A stretch of 64,000 bases of DNA from Acidimicrobiia bacterium (GTDB lineage: Bacteria; Actinomycetota; Acidimicrobiia; Spongiisociales; JAENVV01): contig JBFGJH010000006.1 of the NCBI GenBank assembly GCA_041577335.1, positions 16,498 through 80,497 on the forward strand, in the 5' to 3' direction. The position numbers and the translations under genes were made by a program. How positions within the stretch are numbered: the first letter of the stretch is position 1; the number at the start of each line of letters is the position of its first letter. Below the pieces are notes generated by a model, which saw nothing but the letters and a program-made list of their open reading frames with translations, had not been told where the DNA came from and searched no databases. Positions 48,951-58,758 of this stretch are shown piece by piece.

Positions 48951-51900
48951 TCAATCGCCGGCCGGGAGCTTGGGAGCCCTCATCGACGGATGGGCGCCGA
49001 AGTCAGGTACCAGAGGCTCCGATGCTGCGATACGTTCCATGATCTCGGTGATTCCGCGCTCGAGCTGCTCGTCGACACCGGCTGCGTAGCTCTGCGGAAG
49101 GTTTTCGACCTCGATGTCGGGATCGGTGCCGTAGTTCTCCAGCCCGAATCCGACATCGGTGAACCAGCTGCCGAACTCAGGTTGGGTGGTAACGGTACCG
49201 TCGACCAGCGACTGCTGGGGCCAAATCCCGATTACGCCACCCCACGTGCGCACTCCAATGAGAGGCCCGAGGCCGAGGAGCTTGAAGGTATGCGAGAAGA
49301 TGTCGCCGTCGGAGCCGCAAAGCTCGTTGGTCAAGGCCACCATCATCCCGGTCGGAGCATCCCGAGGCACAGCTCGCGGGGCGTTCCAACGGGTGACCCG
49401 AAACCCGATCCGCTGGCGAACGAGTTTCTGGAGCAGCAGATGCGAGACGTTGCCGCCCCGATTGAATCGTACGTCGACCACCAGGCCCTCCCGATCGACT
49501 TCCGATCTCCAACCACGATGGAACTCCGCGAAGCCGGCCGGCCCCATATCTGGGATATGGAGGTAGCCCGCCCGACCTTGCGACACTTCATGCACGCGCC
49601 GCCGGTTGGCCTCCACCCAATGGCGGTAGCGCAGCTCTGTCTCTGATCTCAGCGTCTTCACGACAACGGATCGAGGCTTGTTCCTGCCGCGCTGCACAAC
49701 GATCCGGACGGCCGAGTCCGCCCGGTCGGCGAGGGCTTGGTACGGAGTCACCTCCTTGCCGACATCCAGGCCATCGACCGCCACGATTCGATCGCCGGCC
49801 GAGATGCGGAGCCCGGGGGCAGCCAGGGGGCTCGACGCGGTGCCCGACCATGAGTCGCCGGACGGGATCGAGTCGAGGACCCACCGGCCCGATCGCAATT
49901 GGCGCAGATCGGCGCCCAGCGACCCTTGCCGCCACGTCGGCTCAGGTCGGTAGTCGCCACCCATCTCGTACGCATGAGATGTGCCCAACTCGCCTTGCAT
50001 CGCCCACATGACATCGGAGAACTCGGAGCGCGAGGCAACCCGATCGAGCAGAGGCTCGAATCGGCGCAATACGCCCTTCCAATTGACCTTGGCCATGTCT
50101 TCGCGCCAGAAGTAGTCGCGCTGGAGTCGCCAAGCCTCATGGAACATCTGGCGCCATTCCGATGGCGGATCAACCGTGACCCTCACTCGATCGAGATCCA
50201 CCCAGCCAGATTCGCGTCCGGGCTTCTCGTTGCCGTTCTTCTCGCCACCCTTGAGCGACGAGGGAACCACCCGCAGCTTCCGTTCGGAGAGATAGGCGAG
50301 CGTCGAGCCGTCGGCCGAGACCGTGAAATCTGAGACCCCCTCGGCAACGGGCTCGACCTTGGCGGCCATGAAGTCCCATGCTTCCAGGCGACCGCCTCGG
50401 TGGTTGTGAGACAACGCCCCTTGCACCGGCGCAGAGGAGAACAGCACTCGGTCGGCGCCCGCTCCCATGATGCGGCGGTAGCGACCGACCGGCACCGGAA
50501 AAGCCACGACCCGGTCGGAGATACCATCGAAATCGACTCGCACCGTGAGCTTCTCTTCACCGTTGCCGGCGCTCTTCTCCGGTTTGGTTTTGTCCGGCTT
50601 GGGCGGCCCTCCCGGCGAGCGGGGAGCCCGGTGCTCGGCAGCGAACGGTGAAACGGTGTCGGCTTGGAGACCAATGAGGTAGGGGCGGTACGACGACGGA
50701 AAGGCATAGTCGTGGAAGATCGAGTCGGCTACCGGATCGAATGTTCGGCTCGACAAGAAGAACAGGTACTTGCCGTCGGATGAGAACGACGGATCGACGT
50801 CGAAGAACTCCCCAGAGGTCACCTGACGGGTGCGGCCGGTGCGGGCGTCTGCGACAAAGAGCGCGGCAGTCGTCTGCGACACCATGGCACCAAACGCAAC
50901 CCACCGGCCGTCTGGCGACCACGACGCTCCCAACGTCCATAGATACTGGCTCCGGTGGAGTGTGCGGAACTTGCCACTCTCCAGGTTGGCCAGCATCACC
51001 TCGTGTCTGTGGTTCTCTATGACCGCCCGGTTGGCGCCCGCCGGCGACAACGCCAGCGAACGAATCCGGCCAAAGTCTCCCGTGACGATCCGGCGGGGGC
51101 CGCTGCCGTCGGCAGGCTCTACAAAGAGGGCGTCCTCGCCCGGTTCGTCGGTTACCCCGGCCAGCGCGTCGCTCGTGCCAACAAATCCCACCAGCCGGTC
51201 CCGATGGAGGGAGCCTGACCCATGGGTGACCGGGGCACCCTCCCACAACGGCATCGTGACCACTGAGCCGCGAGCGACGATCGCCACCGAATGTCCTTGG
51301 GGGTGAAGCTCGACCGATTCGAGGTGCTTGCCCGGACTCTGAAACCGCCGGCTGCGCTGCGGCTGCGCGCTCGGCAGCTTGACATCGATCTTGTCGTCAG
51401 CCTCGGTACGCACGTCATAGCGGCGCAGATCGGCACCATGATGAAAGACGATCGTCCTGCCGTCGGTCGAGGCGTTGCGAGCATAGAAGCCTTCGTGGTG
51501 AGTATGCCGGGCGAGATTGCGGCCGGTCGGGGTCACGGAATAGAGGTTTCCATGGCCTTCGTGGTCGGAGAGAAAATAGATGCGATTGCCGATCCACATC
51601 GGGCTGGCGAGATTCCCTTCGAGCTCGGTCAATGGAGCGAACTCGCCATCGCCCGTCCGATCCACATAGAGCCGTCCCCGACGGCCGCCGCGATAGCGTT
51701 TCCATTGCGCCGGGTCGCGCCCGACGCGGCCGAGCACCTTCCCCCTGCCGTTCGGCTGGGCCGACCAGGCACCGCCGGGTCCAACCCCCAGTGGATGGGG
51801 CACTCCGCTGGCGAGGTCGATGGCCACAAGGTGAAGCCAGCCCGCAAACGGCTGCTGCCAATCGGTCGCGACAATCAGGCGATCTTCGGCTTCCCAGGCA

Positions 51901-52169
51901 ACGGGTCGGCTCATCGAGCCGAAATACGTCACACGACGCGCCGGACCACCAGACAGGTCCAGAACCCACACGTCGGGTTGCCCCTCATCGCGGCTGGTGA
52001 ACGCCACCTGGTTGCCAGACGGCGACAGCAATGGCCACGAGGCTGTTCCCGGGTTGGCGGTGAGGCGGTGGGCGGGGCCACCCGACACATCGGCACTCCA
52101 TAGGTCGTCCTCGGCCACGAAGACCACGATGTCTTCATGGACCGTTGGAAACCGGTAATACCCGTTCAC
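48951..52169 (-). CDS. Tricorn protease (S41 family, beta-propellers plus PDZ)
   Basis: YYRFPTV...VFVAEDDLW, WKRYRGG, SHAY, YLHIPDM, DVRFNRGG, CGSDGD, GVIGI. Start uncertain (52169-52238). Confidence 0.92.
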   Translation of the reverse strand: MNGYYRFPTVHEDIVVFVAEDDLWSADVSGGPAHRLTANPGTASWPLLSPSGNQVAFTSRDEGQPDVWVLDLSGGPARRVTYFGSMSRPVAWEAEDRLIVATDWQQPFAGWLHLVAIDLASGVPHPLGVGPGGAWSAQPNGRGKVLGRVGRDPAQWKRYRGGRRGRLYVDRTGDGEFAPLTELEGNLASPMWIGNRIYFLSDHEGHGNLYSVTPTGRNLARHTHHEGFYARNASTDGRTIVFHHGADLRRYDVRTEADDKIDVKLPSAQPQRSRRFQSPGKHLESVELHPQGHSVAIVARGSVVTMPLWEGAPVTHGSGSLHRDRLVGFVGTSDALAGVTDEPGEDALFVEPADGSGPRRIVTGDFGRIRSLALSPAGANRAVIENHRHEVMLANLESGKFRTLHRSQYLWTLGASWSPDGRWVAFGAMVSQTTAALFVADARTGRTRQVTSGEFFDVDPSFSSDGKYLFFLSSRTFDPVADSIFHDYAFPSSYRPYLIGLQADTVSPFAAEHRAPRSPGGPPKPDKTKPEKSAGNGEEKLTVRVDFDGISDRVVAFPVPVGRYRRIMGAGADRVLFSSAPVQGALSHNHRGGRLEAWDFMAAKVEPVAEGVSDFTVSADGSTLAYLSERKLRVVPSSLKGGEKNGNEKPGRESGWVDLDRVRVTVDPPSEWRQMFHEAWRLQRDYFWREDMAKVNWKGVLRRFEPLLDRVASRSEFSDVMWAMQGELGTSHAYEMGGDYRPEPTWRQGSLGADLRQLRSGRWVLDSIPSGDSWSGTASSPLAAPGLRISAGDRIVAVDGLDVGKEVTPYQALADRADSAVRIVVQRGRNKPRSVVVKTLRSETELRYRHWVEANRRRVHEVSQGRAGYLHIPDMGPAGFAEFHRGWRSEVDREGLVVDVRFNRGGNVSHLLLQKLVRQRIGFRVTRWNAPRAVPRDAPTGMMVALTNELCGSDGDIFSHTFKLLGLGPLIGVRTWGGVIGIWPQQSLVDGTVTTQPEFGSWFTDVGFGLENYGTDPDIEVENLPQSYAAGVDEQLERGITEIMERIAASEPLVPDFGAHPSMRAPKLPAGD

Positions 52170-52288
52170 CGCTGACAACACAGACCTCCCTTGGGTCCCA
52201 ACGAGGCTAGTGGCTCGACGATTCGACTCGGTCGGCATGGCGGCGATCCGCAGGAACTGGGTGGCCCACCACTTCTAGGCTGGGACGC

Positions 52289-52465
52289 GTGCTCGATCTG
52301 CTGCTGCCACGTACCGACGCAGGGGTCGCCTTCCAGGCGGCAGTCGCCGTTCTCGTCTTGCTCATCCTGGGAGTCGCAGCCCGTCGCCACCCTGACTACC
52401 GGATCTTGGTTGCCGGACTCACCGTAATGACGATTGCGTTGTTTGGTTTACGAATGATTCACTGA
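52289..52465 (+). CDS. 58-aa two-TM small protein missed by the ORF track
   Basis: MLDLLLPRTDAGVAFQAAVAVLVLLILGVAARRHPDYRILVAGLTVMTIALFGLRMIH; GTG 7 nt after TAGGCT. Confidence 0.7.
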   Translation: MLDLLLPRTDAGVAFQAAVAVLVLLILGVAARRHPDYRILVAGLTVMTIALFGLRMIH

Positions 52466-52469
52466 TCGG

Positions 52470-53360
52470 TCAGTCAGGTGCATTCAGAATCCCGGTCAGC
52501 CGGCCGTTGCCGTCGACGACGGGCATCGGAAGGTCGGCGGGGATCGCGCCATCGGGCAGTAGGTCCGTTTGGCGGAGCGGCTCGACTTCCTCGATGAGAT
52601 CGCCTACCAACGCCGTGGGATCGGCGCTTGAGAGCCTGGTCGATGAGACCATCCCGAGCAATCGGTTTTCGTCTACGACGGCGAGCCGCCGTTCGCGGAA
52701 CAGCAGCTGCGCATCGCGGACTGCCATGAGAGGCCCAACTCCAAGGGGCTCGTCCATCATCTGGAAGACGCGAGCCGGGGCGTCCTTGACGACCACGGCT
52801 CCCGCCGGCACGTTGGCGAGCAAACGGGCGCCGGTGCCAAAGATCTGACGCTGCAACCACCAACCGGCTGGGGCGCCCAGCACGGCGACCTCATGGGGTG
52901 CAAGCGATTCGACGATCTCCGCGGCGCTGTCCGCTTGTACGGTACGGAACTCGAGCGAAGGCTCCTGTGCGAAAAGCTGCTCGACTGTGGTCAAGGCCCC
53001 CGCCTGCTCCTCATCGGTCCGATACGCGCACAGCATGCGAACCGGGACACCCAGCGAGCGACCGAGCCGAACCGTCACCTTGGCAGCGAGCCGAGAGTTG
53101 GGTCCACCCCCGACGAGAGCCACAATTGCCTCGGCGGCTGTCAGATCCAGCTCGTGGGGAACCGCCATCGATACCAGGTCGAAGCGTGTCGACATGCGAC
53201 GGCTGACCAGCAACGAGGCCTTCTCTCCCAGGCAGGCGGATTCCGTGTTGCCATCGACGCGCTGGGCGCGGCTGTCGAGCGCGTTGGCAAGCTCCCGGCA
53301 GCCGTGTCCGCGCGACCAAACCGCGTGAAATGGCGGGTCGGGCCATTGAGCGTGTACCAC
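52470..53360 (-). CDS. USP-like domain fused to C-terminal CBS pair
   Basis: IVALVGGGPNSRLAAKV...LLANVPAGAVVVK (USP-like), then LAVVDENRLLGMVS...MPVVDGNGRLTGIL (CBS). Confidence 0.6.
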   Translation of the reverse strand: MVHAQWPDPPFHAVWSRGHGCRELANALDSRAQRVDGNTESACLGEKASLLVSRRMSTRFDLVSMAVPHELDLTAAEAIVALVGGGPNSRLAAKVTVRLGRSLGVPVRMLCAYRTDEEQAGALTTVEQLFAQEPSLEFRTVQADSAAEIVESLAPHEVAVLGAPAGWWLQRQIFGTGARLLANVPAGAVVVKDAPARVFQMMDEPLGVGPLMAVRDAQLLFRERRLAVVDENRLLGMVSSTRLSSADPTALVGDLIEEVEPLRQTDLLPDGAIPADLPMPVVDGNGRLTGILNAPD

Positions 53361-53394
53361 GTGCTACCTCGGATCGATCTGGGACGAGCCCACG

Positions 53395-53772
53395 TTACCG
53401 CTGCTCGGAAATTGGCCCCGCCGGCTCAAGGGGCGGAACGGGAGCCCGGAAGACGCGAAAGAGCCCAACGACCAACGCGGCGAGGAAGATCAGCAGGTTC
53501 AGGGCGAGTGCCGGGCGGGCTGTTGCGTTCACGAGGTGAAGGTTGACAGCTATGCCGATGCCCAGCGGAGCAAAGACCATGAGCCGCGGAATCCGGCGTG
53601 GCGAGGATAAACGCCAGAGTTGTGTCCTGACCACCCAGGAGAGAAACCAGGCAGAGAGCGCCACCAACCCGATCTCGATCATCCAAAGAGGAGCGACCAG
53701 CGTCGCCAGGACCGCCAGGGCTGACCCGACACCCGCCAGAATCTGCAGCAATGGGGACCGGCGCTCATTCAT
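53395..53772 (-). CDS. Small four-TM membrane protein
   Basis: Four hydrophobic segments; ATG 6 nt after TAGGGT. Confidence 0.7.
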   Translation of the reverse strand: MNERRSPLLQILAGVGSALAVLATLVAPLWMIEIGLVALSAWFLSWVVRTQLWRLSSPRRIPRLMVFAPLGIGIAVNLHLVNATARPALALNLLIFLAALVVGLFRVFRAPVPPLEPAGPISEQR

Positions 53773-53821
53773 ACGGCCACCCTACGCTCCCGATACGATT
53801 CCGCCACACCGGGAGGAACAT

Positions 53822-54403
53822 ATGCAATTCGAAAGCGTGATCCGACGCCGCAAGATGGTTCGCGCCTACACGTCGGATCCGGTCGACCAGGGCGCGGTCG
53901 AAAGAATCGTTGCGGCGGGTTTGGCCGCCCCGACCGCCGGCAACGCCCAAGGAACACGATTGGCGATAGTCACGGGCGACAGCCTGCGGCGCCAGATCGC
54001 GGACGCCGCCGGCGAGTCCGATTGGGTCGCGAAGGGCTACCGGCCCTGGCTCGGGACCGCCCCGGTGCTGGTCGCCCTTGGCGTGCGGATCGGAGACTAT
54101 GTGGATCGATACAACTCTCCAGACAAGGCCGCCAGCACACCGGTGAATGCCTGGAAGGTCCCGTACTGGTGGTTCGACGCCGGTGCCGCCTGTGAGGCAA
54201 TGCTCCTGGCCACGGCGAACGAGGGTCTCGGCGCCGGTTTCCTTGGCTCGCACAATATCCCTGACCTGGCGCGCCTGCTCGAGTGGGGCGATATCGACCC
54301 GGCGGGGATCATCACAATCGGCCACGCCGCCGATGCTCCATCGGTCGGTTCAGCGATCTCCGAGCCGGGCCGGCAGGGACGAGTGAGCTGGCACCGGGAG
54401 TAA
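53822..54403 (+). CDS. Nitroreductase family protein
   Basis: IRRRKMVRAY, APTAGNAQ, DAGAACEAMLL...EGLGAGF; GGAGG SD. Confidence 0.9.
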   Translation: MQFESVIRRRKMVRAYTSDPVDQGAVERIVAAGLAAPTAGNAQGTRLAIVTGDSLRRQIADAAGESDWVAKGYRPWLGTAPVLVALGVRIGDYVDRYNSPDKAASTPVNAWKVPYWWFDAGAACEAMLLATANEGLGAGFLGSHNIPDLARLLEWGDIDPAGIITIGHAADAPSVGSAISEPGRQGRVSWHRE

Positions 54404-54414
54404 CCTCATCGCCA

Positions 54415-55188
54415 ATGAGCAAAGCGTATTACGTCCGGCGAGGCGATCTGTTTGAACCAACAGAGCTGACCCGGGGCCCTTGGTCACCCGACTCCCAGCA
54501 CGGCGGACCGCCCTCGGCGCTCCTGGCGCGCCACCTCATCGACGCCGCCCAATCGGGGATGGACCTGGCTCGAATCACGATCGAGCTGCTCAGGCCGGTC
54601 CCGCTGACGGCGTTGGCCGTCAAGACCGAGGTCGTTCGCCCCGGAAAGAGCGTCTATACGACCACGGCGGATCTCATGGCAGAGGACCAGCTCGTGGCGC
54701 GAGCGATGGGTCTCCATATCCGGCGCGAAGACGGTATCCCCGTGCCCGAGTACCGCCGAGTGGTCCATGAACGCCGCGAGCCTGACGCCGTTGATTTCCC
54801 CCTCCCGATCGCCCACGACCACATTGGCTTTCCCGACTCGGTGGACACCCACTGGGAACCGGGTTCGAAAACCGGGCCCGGGCCGGGAACACTGTGGATG
54901 CGGTGTCTGGCGGACACCATCGCCGGAGAGGAGATGCACCCGGCAGAATGGGTGCTTCCGGTCGCCGACTGTGGCAATGGCATCAGCTGGTGGTCACTCA
55001 CGGATGTGACGTTTGTGAATCCCGACCTCACGGTCTACCTGCACCGACAGCCAGTCGGTCGATGGATACGGATCAAGTCGCACAGTGAATGGAACCCGCA
55101 CGGTATCGGGCTGGCCGACAGCGACCTGGCAGACGAGGCAGGTCCGCTGGGCCGGTCGCTGCAGTCCTTGTACCTCGCTACTCGATAA
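54415..55188 (+). CDS. Double-hotdog acyl-CoA thioesterase-like protein
   Basis: RGPWSPDSQHGGPPSALL, TIELLRPVP, NPDLTVYLHR. Confidence 0.85.
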   Translation: MSKAYYVRRGDLFEPTELTRGPWSPDSQHGGPPSALLARHLIDAAQSGMDLARITIELLRPVPLTALAVKTEVVRPGKSVYTTTADLMAEDQLVARAMGLHIRREDGIPVPEYRRVVHERREPDAVDFPLPIAHDHIGFPDSVDTHWEPGSKTGPGPGTLWMRCLADTIAGEEMHPAEWVLPVADCGNGISWWSLTDVTFVNPDLTVYLHRQPVGRWIRIKSHSEWNPHGIGLADSDLADEAGPLGRSLQSLYLATR

Positions 55189-56252
55189 TGCTCGGGTCCG
55201 CCGACGTCTGGCTGACGCGGGTTCCGTTCGTGAAACCCTTTGCGACCGCCAACGGCGTCCAGGTGTCCCGTAACGCGGTGATCCTCCGACTCACCGATGT
55301 CGATGGCGTCGATGGATGGGCCGAATGCGTTGCGGACTCGACTCCCTACACCGCTCCCGAGTCGGCAGAGTCGGCATTCGCGGCGTTGGCTACCGACCTG
55401 GACGGCATTCTGGGCTGGCCAGGCAGTCGACTCCGACCCATGATTGCCGCCACGGTCGAGGGTGCCCTCTCCGATCTCTCCGCTCGCCGGCAAGGGCGAT
55501 CGCTCGCCACCGAATACGGCGGCTCTCCGGGCACGGTCGAGGTCGGCGCCGTCATCGGCGATGAGCCCATCGACCGCACGATCGTGATGGTCGAGGAGCG
55601 AATCCGGAATGGCTATCGACGAATCAAGCTCAAACAGAGCGGCAACGACTGGTCACGGGTCGCCGCGGTGAGATCCGCGTTTCCCGATGCCCCGCTGGCG
55701 GTGGACGCCAACGGGTCATTGCATCTGGACGAGCTCGACATCGCCGCTGTGGACCGTCTCGATTTGGTCTTCGTCGAACAGCCGTTCCCGGCTGCCGCAT
55801 ATGACGAGCATCGCCGCTTCCGCGAGAGGTCCACAACGCCCGTATGCCTGGACGAGTCGATTCGCTCTCTTTCCGAACTCGACGAGGCCGGGCCGGATGC
55901 CGGCGCGATCATCGCGGTGAAACCGGGGCCGCTCGGCGGCGTTGCCAGGGCCGGCGAGGTGGCACGCCGAGCCCGCGAGCTCGGGCTGGGTGTGCTGGTC
56001 GGCGGGATGCTCGAAACCGGCATCGGTCGGGGTCATGCCCTCGCCTTCGCCCGGTCGGCGCCCACGACCGAGCCGGCCGATCTGCCCGGATCGGCCCATT
56101 ACCTGGCGTCTGATCTCACTGAGCGATGGGTCGTCGAACAAGGCGCAATCGCCGTCCCCGACCGCCCTGGCCTCGGGCAAGACGTCGACCTTGCCAACCT
56201 CGAGCGGTTGGCCGGCTTCCACCACCACGCGCCGGGGCCGACCTCGCCGTGA
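55188..56252 (+). CDS. Enolase-superfamily OSBS/N-succinylamino-acid racemase-like protein
   Basis: KLK, VDANG, VEQP, LDESI, VKPG, GGMLETGIGR. Confidence 0.8.
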   Translation: MLGSADVWLTRVPFVKPFATANGVQVSRNAVILRLTDVDGVDGWAECVADSTPYTAPESAESAFAALATDLDGILGWPGSRLRPMIAATVEGALSDLSARRQGRSLATEYGGSPGTVEVGAVIGDEPIDRTIVMVEERIRNGYRRIKLKQSGNDWSRVAAVRSAFPDAPLAVDANGSLHLDELDIAAVDRLDLVFVEQPFPAAAYDEHRRFRERSTTPVCLDESIRSLSELDEAGPDAGAIIAVKPGPLGGVARAGEVARRARELGLGVLVGGMLETGIGRGHALAFARSAPTTEPADLPGSAHYLASDLTERWVVEQGAIAVPDRPGLGQDVDLANLERLAGFHHHAPGPTSP

Positions 56253-57031
56253 TCATCTCGAGCGCCGCCAACGAGCGGATCAAAAGGGCCGTCGCCCTGC
56301 GATCGCGCCGGCATCGAGTCCGCACCGGGCTCATTCTCGTGGAGGGAGAGACCGAGATCGGCCGGGCGCTTGCAGCCGGCGTGACACCGGAGACGTTGTT
56401 CGTTCCCGTCGGGTCCCACGCCGGCCTCTCGTCAACGTGCCGTCGGTTGGGAGCAGCCGTGATCGAAGTCGAAGGCCCCGCCCTCGACCGACTGGCAGTA
56501 CGCGGCGCTTCATCCCCTGTCTTGGTTGGTGAGCGAATGCCAACCGGATTGGAGGCATTACCCGGGCCCGGTGCTCGGGCCGGCCTGTATCTCGTCGTCG
56601 AGGCGATCGAAAAACCGGGGAATCTCGGGGCGATGATTCGCATCGCGGACGGCGCCGGCAGCGACGGTCTCATTGTGGCAGATCCCGCAGTCGATCCCTT
56701 CGGGCCCAACGTCATCCGTGCGTCCCTCGGATCTGTGTTCTCTCTGCCGACGGCGGTGGCCACCTCATCCGACACGATCGATTGGTTGCGGCGGCATCAT
56801 GTGACCATCGTTGCCACGACTCCCGACGCCACGATTGAGTGGTCGCAAGCCGACCTCACCGGCTCGGTCGCGTGCATCATCGGTGCCGAACATCAGGGCC
56901 TGTCAGACGCTTGGATCGAGGCGGCGGACCACCGAGTCTTCCTTCCCATGCACGGCGTCGGCGATTCGCTCAACGCTGCCGCCACAGCCGCCATCGTGCT
57001 CTACGAAGCAGTCCGACAACGAAGTCGTTGA
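56249..57031 (+). CDS. TrmH/SpoU family RNA methyltransferase
   Basis: EKPGNLGAMIR, IGAEHQGL, SLNAAAT. Confidence 0.92.
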   Translation: MIISSAANERIKRAVALRSRRHRVRTGLILVEGETEIGRALAAGVTPETLFVPVGSHAGLSSTCRRLGAAVIEVEGPALDRLAVRGASSPVLVGERMPTGLEALPGPGARAGLYLVVEAIEKPGNLGAMIRIADGAGSDGLIVADPAVDPFGPNVIRASLGSVFSLPTAVATSSDTIDWLRRHHVTIVATTPDATIEWSQADLTGSVACIIGAEHQGLSDAWIEAADHRVFLPMHGVGDSLNAAATAAIVLYEAVRQRSR

Positions 57032-57057
57032 CATCGAACGTATGTTCGAGGTAGGTT
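57028..57057 (+). promoter_or_regulatory. LexA (SOS) box inside a sigma-A promoter
   Basis: TTGACA at 57028-33, TCGAAC-GTAT-GTTCGA at 57034-49, TAGGTT at 57052-57. Confidence 0.9.
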
Positions 57058-57085
57058 CTTTGGCCCCGAGAACAAGGCAAGATCC

Positions 57086-58717
57086 GTGGTCGACACCTCA
57101 GTGCCCATGCTGCAGCGGACGTTCGACGAGATGGGAGCGCCCCTGCACGAGGTGCCCTTCTGCGTTCTCGATCTCGAAACCACCGGCGGGTCGGCGGCGG
57201 AGCACTCGATCACTGAGATTGGCGCCGCCAAGTTCGTGGGAGGCGATCAAGTCGGGAGCTTTCAAACGCTGGTCAACCCTGGCACCGAGATCCCGCCGTT
57301 CATCACCATTCTCACCGGGATCACCCACGCGATGGTGATCGAAGCGCCTCGGATCGAAGAGGTGTTGCCCTCGTTCCTCGAGTTCTTGGGGGACGCTGTC
57401 ATCGTTGGCCACAACGTCAGGTTCGACATGAGTTTCCTCAATGGAGCAGCCATGCGGCTCGGATACGGGAGGCTCGAGAACAAGGTGATCGACACGTTGG
57501 GCCTGGCCCGCCGTCTGGTGCGAGGCGAGGTCCGCAACCTCAAACTGTCCTCGTTGGCAGCCCATTTCCGATCTCCGATCACACCCACCCACCGGGCGTA
57601 CGAAGATGCGGCCGCCACTGCCCACGTCTTCCACTGCTTGCTCGAGCGAGCCGGCACCGTCGGCGTCACGGCCCTCGAAGACCTGTTGCAACTCCCGACG
57701 GCCCGGGGTTCGGCCTCATACAGGAAGATCGCGCTCGCCGACGAGCTTCCCCGAAGCCCCGGTGTCTATTTTTTCCAGGACCGGCGCGGTGAGGTGTTCT
57801 ACGTTGGCAAGGCCAAGAATCTGCGAACGCGGGTGCGGTCGTATTTCTACGGCGACAATCGACGCACCGTCACCAACATGCTCAACGAGCTCGAAACCGT
57901 CGACTATCGGGTGTGTGCCACCGAGTTGGAAGCATCGATCACCGAGCTCCGGCTCATCCATTCGTATCGTCCGCGGTACAACCGGCGCTCCAAGCCACCC
58001 AAGTCCAGTCATTGGGTGAAGGTCACCAACGAACGTTTTCCGAGATTGTCACTCGTGCGCACGCTCAAGGTGGACGGCCTGGCGTATCTCGGTCCGTTCC
58101 GGAGTCGAAAGTCGGCCGAGCGAGTCATGTGGGCGTTATGGGATGCCCTGCCATTGCGCCGGTGTACCAGCCGTCCCGGATCGCGCTCGGCGCCCTGCGC
58201 GTTCGCACAGCTGGGCGTTGCGACATGCCCGTGTGACGGAAACGGCGACGAGGCGGCATATCAGGAGGTCGTAGCCACATTGCTGCGCGCCTTCGCCGCC
58301 TCTCCTGAGTTCGTGCTCGAGCCGCTCCGGGACCGGATGCGCCAATTTGCATCGGACCAGCGGTATGAAGAAGCGGCCTGGCTCCGGGATCGGTACCGGG
58401 CCTTGGCAACAGCGCTCGACCGACGAGCCGCATGGCAAGCCCTCACCGAGGCCGGCAGAATCCTCGCCGAACACCGCAACGGTGACCAAGTGGCAGTTGA
58501 TCACGGCCGATTCGAGGCAGCCTGGCAGGGCAGCGCCGCACCGTTGCCAACTCCGCTGGCCACTCCCGAATACGTTGTGCCGGAGGTGCCTGGTTCGGTG
58601 ATGGAGAGCGAAGAGGCCCGCGTCCTGTGGACCTGGCTCCAGTCGCCTGACGTCCGCATCCTCGAAGCCAGCGGCACATGGCGCCAACCGATACTGGCCC
58701 CCGAGCTCGCCGCCTAG
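57086..58717 (+). CDS. DEDDh exonuclease fused to GIY-YIG/UvrC-like (Cho-type) nuclease
   Basis: VLDLETTG, GHNVRFD, HRAYEDA, PGVYFF...YVGKAKNLRTRVRSYF, UVR-like YEEAAWLRD. Confidence 0.92.
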   Translation: MVDTSVPMLQRTFDEMGAPLHEVPFCVLDLETTGGSAAEHSITEIGAAKFVGGDQVGSFQTLVNPGTEIPPFITILTGITHAMVIEAPRIEEVLPSFLEFLGDAVIVGHNVRFDMSFLNGAAMRLGYGRLENKVIDTLGLARRLVRGEVRNLKLSSLAAHFRSPITPTHRAYEDAAATAHVFHCLLERAGTVGVTALEDLLQLPTARGSASYRKIALADELPRSPGVYFFQDRRGEVFYVGKAKNLRTRVRSYFYGDNRRTVTNMLNELETVDYRVCATELEASITELRLIHSYRPRYNRRSKPPKSSHWVKVTNERFPRLSLVRTLKVDGLAYLGPFRSRKSAERVMWALWDALPLRRCTSRPGSRSAPCAFAQLGVATCPCDGNGDEAAYQEVVATLLRAFAASPEFVLEPLRDRMRQFASDQRYEEAAWLRDRYRALATALDRRAAWQALTEAGRILAEHRNGDQVAVDHGRFEAAWQGSAAPLPTPLATPEYVVPEVPGSVMESEEARVLWTWLQSPDVRILEASGTWRQPILAPELAA

Positions 58718-58758
58718 CGAGCGGCGATCGTGTCACCGCCACCCTCTACCATTGAGTC

